DNA of 64,000 nt from an uncultured Bacillota bacterium (GCA_900317975.1 ONIZ01000002.1:6473-70472), one strand, 5' to 3'; shown: positions 1 to 7,097, counted from the first letter of the stretch. The notes: generated by a model from the letters alone, not told the origin. Made by a program: numbers and translations.

Positions 1-328
1 TTTTAAACGTACCAACATATGGTAGATGAGCAACACATTCATTTAATAAAGTTTCTTTACAAAAAAGTTCAGCATTAAATACTATACTTGTTAATTTTTT
101 TCTTTCTTCTTCAGTTATATCATTAATTTGATTTATTATATCTCTTTCTTCTAATACATTTACATCCCAATATTTTCCATCATACCATATTTTATTTTCA
201 TATTGAGAGGCGTCTAATTTTGGCTTTTCAGTATCTATTTTAGACATAGCCTTATTTGGCAATCTTCTCCATTCTCGTTTATACTCTTTTGATTTATGTT
301 TATCTTTAAAATTAAAAGATAGTCCCAT
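1..328 (-). CDS. hypothetical protein, N-terminal part only (ORF runs off the left edge)
   Basis: Reverse-strand ATG at 328 (MGLSFNFKDKHKSKEYKREWRRLPNK...) stays open to position 1. It is absent from the ORF track because no stop lies in the window. Confidence 0.45.
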   Translation of the reverse strand, partial: MGLSFNFKDKHKSKEYKREWRRLPNKAMSKIDTEKPKLDASQYENKIWYDGKYWDVNVLEERDIINQINDITEEERKKLTSIVFNAELFCKETLLNECVAHLPYVGTFK

Positions 329-363
329 AATATAAATTTTAACATCAATAGCCTATATTTAAT

Positions 364-376
364 CCCCTGTAAAGGG
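364..376 (+). repeat. dispersed GC-rich motif copy (cccctgtaaaggg), intergenic
   Basis: Sits at the centre of the 11-bp palindrome 348-358/383-393. Confidence 0.8.
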
Positions 377-403
377 AATGTCATATAGGCTATCGACAAT
401 TAC

Positions 404-1036
404 TTATTCAGCAACAGCATCGTTTAGTTCTTTTGCTTTAGCAGGAACTTCAGCATGAACTTCAGGAATTACCTTAATAAAAGGATCGTTATAACTAATG
501 TTATTATCTACAGTTCCATGAATTGCTGTAACAGGTACAATTTTAAAGCTCATAAAGCAAATAGGATGTTCTTTAATAGGTACATTATTTTCATCCTTTG
601 CAGTTCCAGAAAGAATTGTAGCTGTAAGATAATTTTTCTCTTTAGGTTCTTTACTTGAAACAATTTTTTCTTCTCTGAGTAAATAAGAAATAATGTTTTC
701 GTATGTTAAAGCACTAGGAGGAGTAATTTGAGTTCCTCTTGCAATATCTGATTCATCGATTATAACTTGTTGTCCTATTTTCCATTCTGCAGGAATAGCG
801 TCCGAATTAATTTTAACAAGAACTGCAATATCAACTGCACGAGTTTTTACTTTAGGATTGTTTAAAGTTATAAGAAAATCATACATACGAACTTGTCGTA
901 CAACTGCTACAATTGCATAATGCTTTGGAAGATTAATACAATTTGTAACATCTTCATAATACTGTGCTGGAATCTCATGAATTGATTGAGGAAGAGATAA
1001 TGTATATCTCTCAACTCGACTTTGAAGAGTAATCAT
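404..1036 (-). CDS. hypothetical protein (210 aa)
   Basis: Long ORF with no competing ORF of comparable quality. The overlapping + ORF 455-658 is low complexity. Confidence 0.7.
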   Translation of the reverse strand: MITLQSRVERYTLSLPQSIHEIPAQYYEDVTNCINLPKHYAIVAVVRQVRMYDFLITLNNPKVKTRAVDIAVLVKINSDAIPAEWKIGQQVIIDESDIARGTQITPPSALTYENIISYLLREEKIVSSKEPKEKNYLTATILSGTAKDENNVPIKEHPICFMSFKIVPVTAIHGTVDNNISYNDPFIKVIPEVHAEVPAKAKELNDAVAE

Positions 1037-1084
1037 AAATTTGTTTGTTTAATTGTTAATATTGATATTAACTACAAATGTAGT

Positions 1085-1522
1085 TTAAAGAAGCATTACT
1101 AAAACTTTTTTACCATGAACGTCATCTTTTATATAATATTTATCATATAGATAAATTTTAGGATAAGCTTTTTTAACAATTCCTCTAGCAGTTAATTCAT
1201 TTAATGCTCTAATATAAGTTGGTCTACTAATTTTATATTTAATACAAAATATTTTTTCAAATTTAGCATTACTTTCAATTTCACCACCATTTTTATTTAA
1301 TTCTATAAATAAATTCTCACCATGTTTAGTAAGATTTAATAAATGAGCATAAATTTGTAATATATCTTGTTCTTCATTAGTCTTTTTAAAGACTGCAATA
1401 ACATCTTTTTCTTTTCCCCATAATTTAGTTTTATTAGCAACAACAAACTCATCGTCTGTTTTATCTAATAAAAAATCATCTTGAGGAGCTATAAATTCAT
1501 TAAAAACTGTTTTAAGTTCCAT
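1085..1522 (-). CDS. putative winged-helix/HTH DNA-binding regulator (145 aa)
   Basis: The segment ISRPTYIRALNELTARGIVKK looks like a helix-turn-helix recognition unit. The gene sits next to a divergent promoter region. Confidence 0.5.
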   Translation of the reverse strand: MELKTVFNEFIAPQDDFLLDKTDDEFVVANKTKLWGKEKDVIAVFKKTNEEQDILQIYAHLLNLTKHGENLFIELNKNGGEIESNAKFEKIFCIKYKISRPTYIRALNELTARGIVKKAYPKIYLYDKYYIKDDVHGKKVLVMLL

Positions 1523-1583
1523 AGTTGCAAATACATTATTTGTTCTACTTTAGTCTATTTTTTGTACATTTGTACAACCAGCA

Positions 1584-1615
1584 CAAAGATACAAAAAAAA
1601 TTCCATATATGCAAA
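1584..1615 (-). promoter_or_regulatory. Bacteroidota-type promoter for 1085-1522
   Basis: On the reverse strand: TTTG (1612-1615 rc), a 20-nt spacer, then TATCTTTG (1584-1591 rc). This matches TTTG-N(19-21)-TAnnTTTG. Confidence 0.6.
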
Positions 1616-1631
1616 TTTTTTTGCAAAATTA

Positions 1632-1663
1632 TTTGCAAAAATCGATTTTTTTTACTATCTTTG
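1632..1663 (+). promoter_or_regulatory. Bacteroidota-type promoter firing rightward into non-coding DNA
   Basis: TTTG 1632-1635, a 20-nt spacer, then TATCTTTG 1656-1663. There is no ORF downstream until 2729. Confidence 0.6.
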
Positions 1664-1668
1664 TAGGC

Positions 1669-2074
1669 ATATAAAAAGTTACATATATTATATAATGTAC
1701 GCGCGTGAGTATGTCATATTATATAAAATTTTATATGTTCTTATAAATTTTGAATATAATAGCATTAATGATATTAAAGAAAGCCGAGCCAAAGATTAAA
1801 CAGAAACTCGTTTATCTGCGGACGGTATATATGCTTCGGCATATATCGAAGAAGTCCATGTTATGTTTCATAGCAATGTCAGTGACTATCTGGTGGTAGG
1901 GGTGTGGGTAGGGTTACGGTATCGTATCCCGCAAATAATATTATTAATGCTATAAAATATAATAATCGTTGTGATAACGATACTTTTTGATGTCATTTTG
2001 AGTGAATAGTTTTCGGTGTAGATTTATGTATGTTTAGATAGGAATTGTTGTGAAACAGTTCCTATCATTTTTTT
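1669..2074 (+). ncRNA. candidate structured non-coding RNA (about 400 nt), family not recognised
   Basis: Bounded by the promoter at 1632-1663 and the intrinsic terminator at 2038-2074. It has an 8-bp hairpin capped by C(UUCG)G at 1827-1846, an 11-bp closing helix 1759-1769/1943-1953, and a helix 1817-1821/1929-1933. There is no ORF. Confidence 0.45.
2038..2074 (+). terminator. intrinsic terminator
   Basis: Hairpin ATAGGAATTG...CAGTTCCTAT (2038-2065) followed by a run of 7 T (2068-2074). Confidence 0.7.
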
Positions 2075-2230
2075 ATGTTACTCATAATATTAATAAAAGC
2101 TAAAGGATAGTAGAACGTATATACTACATATACGGGCATTAAATAAAATTAAAGTAATACCCCCGTTAGTGTTATTAATAAAAATATTTTTGTAAATAAA
2201 TAAATAGGTGAGAAAGTTTTATGATACAAT

Positions 2231-2243
2231 CACTCTACAGGGG
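2231..2243 (-). repeat. dispersed GC-rich motif copy (rc cccctgtagagtg), non-coding
   Basis: Shares the extended flank atatttaatcccctgta with the copy at 364. Confidence 0.8.
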
Positions 2244-2383
2244 ATTAAATATGAGATATAACTAAAATTGTTGATATTATTATAATTATTGTATTTAAAT
2301 AAGTTATAAAGAATGTTTAATGGATTATTATAATATATAAAATAATATATTAAATATATGAAGAGGTTTAATAATGTTATTAA

Positions 2384-2491
2384 GACGATTTAGGAAAAGA
2401 TTATAGTGAAAATTATATGGAAAATTATATTGAAAATTATGATAAAGATTGTGGTGAAGATTTTAATGAAGATTTAGATGTAGATAGTAGG
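2384..2491. repeat. tandem array of nine degenerate 12-nt units (consensus about GAAGATTWTRRT)
   Basis: Units read in register: gacgatttagga, aaagattatagt, gaaaattatatg, gaaaattatatt, gaaaattatgat, aaagattgtggt, gaagattttaat, gaagatttagat, gtagatagtagg. Confidence 0.7.
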
Positions 2492-2582
2492 ATAAAAAAT
2501 TTTGTCGATTAGCGAGAAGAGGAGGGTATTACCACAAAGGGTGGGGGTGTGATAAGTGAATGTCAATACCCCCGTCATATCG

Positions 2583-2614
2583 AACCTCGTGAGAAAACAG
2601 GTCAGATTTCGAAT
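2583..2614 (+). promoter_or_regulatory. conserved 32-nt upstream box, copy 1 (upstream of 2729-3316)
   Basis: aacctcgtgagaaaacaggtcagatttcgaat matches the box at 3811-3842 at 28 of 32 positions. Confidence 0.5.
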
Positions 2615-2728
2615 GAATAAATGTTTTTCAAATATTATTCATTTATTACTGAAGTAAGTCATCTGACTACGCTTGCTTTAGCACATTATCCAATAAGTTA
2701 GTCACTCAATACAAATTCTGTTACAACT

Positions 2729-3316
2729 ATGGCACAGCCAAAAGCTAATGCAGTTGAGCAAGTTCCTGCACAAGTCGTTAACGCAGTTGAAACTGCAAGT
2801 GTTAATCTTCTTAGCTTCTCTGAAGCAGTCGATGCAACGATTGCTGATGGTGGCAAAGTAACAAAGGGTATTCATATTACTCGTGCGACTTATAGTCGTC
2901 GAGAAGATGGACACGAGATTGTTACTTTGACAGGCGATATACCTGTTGAGCGTTATGTTGCTGATGAGACAAATCCTGATGTATTTGTCAAATCAATGTC
3001 CAAGTCATTTGTTGTGTCATTATTCTCATTAGTGGGAATGATGTCCAACATGAAGGACGCACAAGTGCTCGCAGGTCGTATCTCAAAGCGACCAATGTTG
3101 ATAGAGAGTTTGCTACCAGGTAGTATTATTACAGTAGTTCAACGTGATGTCAAAGGTAATGTTCCGTTTATGAACTACTTTAGTAACAAGGAGAATACTA
3201 TCGATCATGATAGTATTGTTACCGACGTAGTCAAACTTGAAGTATCTGATTTTGCTCGTTCTATGATGGATGAGTACAAAAAGATGCTTGCATCTGCATT
3301 GATGGGAGACTTGTAG
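2729..3316 (+). CDS. hypothetical protein, paralog A of a duplicated gene (195 aa)
   Basis: Long ORF that is visibly less A+T-rich than its surroundings. It is strongly similar to 3906-4460 (ITRATYS.RE.DGHE.VTLT...PDVFVKS.SK.FVVSLFSLVG.MS.MKDAQVLAGRISKRP). Confidence 0.8.
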   Translation: MAQPKANAVEQVPAQVVNAVETASVNLLSFSEAVDATIADGGKVTKGIHITRATYSRREDGHEIVTLTGDIPVERYVADETNPDVFVKSMSKSFVVSLFSLVGMMSNMKDAQVLAGRISKRPMLIESLLPGSIITVVQRDVKGNVPFMNYFSNKENTIDHDSIVTDVVKLEVSDFARSMMDEYKKMLASALMGDL

Positions 3317-3324
3317 TTGATGAT

Positions 3325-3362
3325 AGATTTGCAGGTGATGATTGTTCATTGCCTGCAAATCT
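3325..3362 (+). terminator. hairpin after paralog A (terminator-like)
   Basis: Perfect 11-bp stem AGATTTGCAGG/CCTGCAAATCT with a 16-nt loop. The T tract after it is weak. Confidence 0.45.
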
Positions 3363-3432
3363 TTGCATTGTTATAGTTGTAGTATGATGTTGAGTAGAAA
3401 TTGCAATTATTAACCAATTAAATTATACAATT

Positions 3433-3753
3433 ATGATCGCACTTGCTCCAAAACATTCAGAAGCAATTCAAATTCTTGCTTCGCTTCCTAAAAAAGAAGT
3501 TTCTGATGTTCGTCTTGCTTACAATGGTGAAGTAGTAGCCATTGTTGATGAATCAACAATTCGTGCTCTTCAAGTTGCTATTCATGATGGTCTTACAGAT
3601 TATCGTAGATGGCTTATACTTGAAGATTACGATGATGATGAAAATGGTCATCATACAAACTTTCTTCATTTTAGAGAAGATGGTAGAATATCTGATGAGT
3701 TTAAAACAGATTTCTTTAGATTTCTAGACGATCTTGCATACAAGATCTTCTAG
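3433..3753 (+). CDS. hypothetical acidic protein (106 aa)
   Basis: ORF lying between the two paralogs, with an Asp/Glu-rich centre (LEDYDDDENGHH). Confidence 0.65.
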   Translation: MIALAPKHSEAIQILASLPKKEVSDVRLAYNGEVVAIVDESTIRALQVAIHDGLTDYRRWLILEDYDDDENGHHTNFLHFREDGRISDEFKTDFFRFLDDLAYKIF

Positions 3754-3761
3754 TTGATTAT

Positions 3762-3805
3762 GGTTCTAATATAGCTAGTATTCATTTACTAGTTATATTA
3801 GAACC
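3762..3805 (+). terminator. long hairpin (19-bp stem, loop TTCATT)
   Basis: GGTTCTAATATAGCTAGTA pairs with TACTAGTTATATTAGAACC with one G-T wobble. It lies immediately downstream of the stop at 3753. Confidence 0.45.
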
Positions 3806-3810
3806 TCAAA

Positions 3811-3842
3811 AACCTCGTGAGAATACAGGAAAGAATTCGAAT
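3811..3842 (+). promoter_or_regulatory. conserved 32-nt upstream box, copy 2 (upstream of 3906-4460)
   Basis: aacctcgtgagaatacaggaaagaattcgaat matches the box at 2583-2614 at 28 of 32 positions. Confidence 0.5.
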
Positions 3843-3905
3843 CTATTAAGCGTTTAAGCGTTTAACAGTTCTATTAATTATTTAACAATTTAAATTGTAA
3901 AAACA

Positions 3906-4460
3906 ATGAACGATGAAAAAGCAAAGGAAGTTGTAAGTCAGCCACAACTATTGACCTTTACTGAGGCAATTACTGCCACAAAAGCTGACAATGCATCTGA
4001 AGTAAAGAATCTTCAGATTACTCGTGCTACATATTCAAAGCGTGAGGAAGATGGTCATGAAGTAGTGACATTAACAACAAGTGGTCTTGTTGACAGATAT
4101 ATTGCGGATAACGATAATCCCGATGTATTTGTTAAGAGCAAAAGCAAAACTTTTGTAGTATCTTTGTTTAGTCTTGTAGGTGCTATGAGTCAAATGAAAG
4201 ATGCTCAAGTTCTTGCTGGACGTATTTCTAAACGTCCTGTTCTTGTTGAATCTCTTCTTCCTGGTTCTACTATTACTGTACTTCAACGTGAAGTTAAGGC
4301 TAATGTTCCTTTCATGAATTATTTCAGTGGAAAGGAAAACACTATTGACCATGATAGTGTTGTAACAGATATTGCTGATATTAAGCTTGGAGAGTTTGCT
4401 CTTAGTACTCTTGATGCTTATAAGCAAAATCTTGCTGCTGCTCTTATGGGCGATTTGTAA
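3906..4460 (+). CDS. hypothetical protein, paralog B of a duplicated gene (184 aa)
   Basis: Roughly three quarters identical to 2729-3316 over the C-terminal 150 aa, judged by eye. Confidence 0.8.
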   Translation: MNDEKAKEVVSQPQLLTFTEAITATKADNASEVKNLQITRATYSKREEDGHEVVTLTTSGLVDRYIADNDNPDVFVKSKSKTFVVSLFSLVGAMSQMKDAQVLAGRISKRPVLVESLLPGSTITVLQREVKANVPFMNYFSGKENTIDHDSVVTDIADIKLGEFALSTLDAYKQNLAAALMGDL

Positions 4461-4467
4461 AAGAGTT

Positions 4468-4500
4468 GCTGCTGTATTGTGAAATACGGCAGCGATTCTT
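4468..4500 (+). terminator. intrinsic terminator-like hairpin
   Basis: GCTGCTGTATT-GTGA-AATACGGCAGC (one G-T wobble) followed by gattcttatt. Confidence 0.55.
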
Positions 4501-4603
4501 ATTGTAACAGAATTTTCAGGTACATTATAATACCATAAGTGTTATAGTGTACCATTTAATGCAGCTAATTAACAGTCGTAAGCCTGTGTAAATGCAGAAC
4601 GAA

Positions 4604-4765
4604 ATGAAAATTCTTGTTGATAGTGATATTATTATTAAAGAAGTTGATAAATGTGATGATGGAGCAGCTCCTGCTCTCCATTCTAATCATTTTACTAATA
4701 ATATTACTAATCCATTTCAAATAATTAATACAAGAATTAAACAAATGAAACTTATATACATTTAG
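4604..4765 (+). CDS. possible small ORF (53 aa) in an otherwise non-coding region
   Basis: ATG 4604 to TAG 4763-4765 (MKILVDSDIIIKEVDKCDDGAAPALHSNHF...). There is no other support. Confidence 0.2.
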   Translation: MKILVDSDIIIKEVDKCDDGAAPALHSNHFTNNITNPFQIINTRIKQMKLIYI

Positions 4766-5457
4766 TGTAATTAAATATATATTACTAATGTTATATTATC
4801 AATTTTAATTTCCGCACTATAAAGCGCGCCTATTGATATGACAATAATAATGTTGGTAATATAAATACTATCATTTAATATGATATAATTGTAAATCATT
4901 TTGCTATTTAATACATCGATTGACGATGTCTTCGCTGATGATACGCAATATATCATTTAGATGATAGCAATTCATGAAATCCTACTTGGAGACGAGAAAC
5001 GGCTCATATTGAGTATCGTAAAGTTAATCCTTGATAGGTTGCATCAAGAGATACAGCAAAATATATCAGACAGTTTGTTGGTTTATAATGTCTTGATTAT
5101 TTTGTTGTATTTCTTGAGATAGTTTATGTTGAGCCTAGAGCACATAATGCTGCTATAGGTAGAATTTTTCCCATAGTACGTGATTTAGAAACCAACTATG
5201 TTAGCAGTCAGAATAACTGTTATTACAGTAAATCGTCATGCTGTGATAAATATCATATAATGTCAAAAATATGATATGATGACAACGATGCTAAGCAAAA
5301 AGCTGGTAACGATAAGAAAGAGATAGGTGAGAAGAGTGCACTCGCATCTAGACTATCTCTTTATCTTAATGTAGCCAATCGATATGATTGAGAGTCCAAA
5401 GCCTCTATAAATACAGATGGAGATAATATTATTAATAACAAATAAATTCACGCAATC

Positions 5458-5913
5458 ATGAAAAAGTATTTTAAAGAATTTATAGGAACATTAGTTCTTA
5501 TAATTTGTTTTATTATTTTAACAATAACGTTTATTGCTATAGGAAAATATTATAACGATACAATACTTATCGTTATAGGTATAACAATTAATGTTTTAAC
5601 TATAATTATGTTAATTGTTATAAATATTCAAGAAATAAACGAACGTGATAAAATTATACATAATCTAAATGAAAAAATAACTGAAGAACATACTTCAGTT
5701 ATAATGACTAGAATGATGTGTAATCAAGCTTTATCAGATGCTCTAATTTTAAGAAAAATAATTGACCAAAAAAATAAAAAAATAGAAAAATATGAAAAAC
5801 ATATAAATGAATTAATTCATAAAATTAATTGTATAAATAATGAAGCAAAAGAGCTTCAAGATTTATGCAATAGATATGAAACTCAATATGGTAAATTGAC
5901 AGATCAAGAATAA
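5458..5913 (+). CDS. membrane-anchored coiled-coil protein (151 aa)
   Basis: Two hydrophobic N-terminal segments (LVLIICFIILTITFIAIG; ILIVIGITINVLTIIMLIVI) followed by heptad-like charged sequence. Confidence 0.7.
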   Translation: MKKYFKEFIGTLVLIICFIILTITFIAIGKYYNDTILIVIGITINVLTIIMLIVINIQEINERDKIIHNLNEKITEEHTSVIMTRMMCNQALSDALILRKIIDQKNKKIEKYEKHINELIHKINCINNEAKELQDLCNRYETQYGKLTDQE

Positions 5914-5920
5914 ATTTGTT

Positions 5921-5933
5921 CCCCTGTAGAGGG
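5921..5933 (+). repeat. dispersed GC-rich motif copy (cccctgtagaggg), intergenic
   Basis: Forms the hairpin TGTTCCC/GGGAACA at 5918-5937, immediately after the stop of 5458-5913. Confidence 0.85.
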
Positions 5934-6152
5934 AACATATCTATCAATTGCTAATATTGATACTGTTATAGATAATAATAAATATAATATTGATATAGTT
6001 AATATATTATAACTTGTATATATATTATATATATTATATATAATAATTATATTATATATTTATTTATTATTATTTATAATAATAAATATAACGCACGTGC
6101 GTGCGCGTATAGTGTTTTGTAGAACATATATAATAATAAAAAATATCGTTTT

Positions 6153-6431
6153 ATGTATAGTTTATCAACTATTATAGAAAGTCAAACATGGGATAATCTT
6201 GAAGATATGCTTGAAGAACTTCATGCTAATGAAAGAACAATTCCTTGTGGAATCATTCTTGATAAGAATGGAAAAGTTGAATTTACCAATACTTTTGAAT
6301 TACTTAAAGCAGTTCAAGAACGTATTGAATTAAAACAACAAACTATACGTTATTCTTTATTTAATATCGATTTCGAAACAAATAAAGTAATAGCGACTAT
6401 TAAAGACTATGTATTAAGTTATAAAGGTTGA
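6153..6431 (+). CDS. hypothetical protein (92 aa)
   Basis: Clean ORF on the + strand. Confidence 0.6.
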   Translation: MYSLSTIIESQTWDNLEDMLEELHANERTIPCGIILDKNGKVEFTNTFELLKAVQERIELKQQTIRYSLFNIDFETNKVIATIKDYVLSYKG

Positions 6432-6660
6432 AATCCCTTTGCAAGAGTAACTTCCCGATATACTTTGTATATTTTCGCCGCTCTTGCATAAAATCATAAT
6501 CTTGTTATACAACCTTGACGAGGTGATTATGCTTTTACTAATAGTATAACACATGAGATTGTGTGAGAAGGAGCAGATGAAAGAATTAATCTTTTGTCTG
6601 CTCTTTATATTAAATTCTTACACTATCTTATAATATTAATCTTTAAAATCTCACACAATT

Positions 6661-6855
6661 ATGACACAAACAGCATCAAAACCATTACCTATTAATTGTG
6701 CAATAGGTACATGTGTAAAAAGAATTAAAAAAGTAGTTTATTTCTCAGAACAAGGAATAAATCTATTTAAAACTATTTCTTTTCCTACAGTTTTAGCAGC
6801 ACAAAATTATGTTAAACTATTAACAAAGAAAAAGGAATATGCAAAATCATGGTAA
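6661..6855 (+). CDS. hypothetical protein (64 aa)
   Basis: Clean ORF on the + strand. Confidence 0.5.
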   Translation: MTQTASKPLPINCAIGTCVKRIKKVVYFSEQGINLFKTISFPTVLAAQNYVKLLTKKKEYAKSW

Positions 6856-6894
6856 ACTATTATGTTGTATAATATAATAAAATCAATATAATGG

Positions 6895-7043
6895 ATTTGC
6901 AGATATAATAAATAGTAATATAACATTTAATATTAACAATGGGTTATGTTATATTGTTATCTAAATCACAATACATTAAAATTATTACAAGTTTCGTATA
7001 TTTTTAATGTTCTACCTATTGTTATATCTGCAAATTCATTTTT
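6895..7043 (+). terminator. long nested hairpin with T tract
   Basis: 14-bp arms ATTTGCAGATATAA (6895-6908) and TTATATCTGCAAAT (7022-7035) enclose a second 10-bp inverted repeat. They are followed by tcattttt. Confidence 0.45.
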
Positions 7044-7065
7044 ATTGAAATATTTTGCTGAAAAA

Positions 7066-7097
7066 TTTGGAATTATCAAAAATATTTTGTATATTTG
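7066..7097 (+). promoter_or_regulatory. Bacteroidota-type promoter for 7147-7692
   Basis: TTTG 7066-7069, a 20-nt spacer, then TATATTTG 7090-7097. The architecture is near-identical to the promoters at 18071 and 25197. Confidence 0.65.

Noticed and set aside
1892-1919. Canonical G-quadruplex.
   Set aside because: Only three runs of 3 or more G (GGGG, GGG, GGG) plus GG pairs are present. It is at best a bulged or two-tetrad structure, so I treat it as part of the ncRNA candidate rather than a separate claim.
2384-2491. CRISPR array.
   Set aside because: The units are 12 nt, contiguous and degenerate, with no spacers. No repeat-spacer architecture exists anywhere in the window.
2702-4427. Antisense ORFs 2702-2914, 3113-3358 and 4071-4427, and the internal + ORF 3542-3727.
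   Set aside because: They overlap the well-supported paralog genes and 3433-3753. No independent signal supports them.
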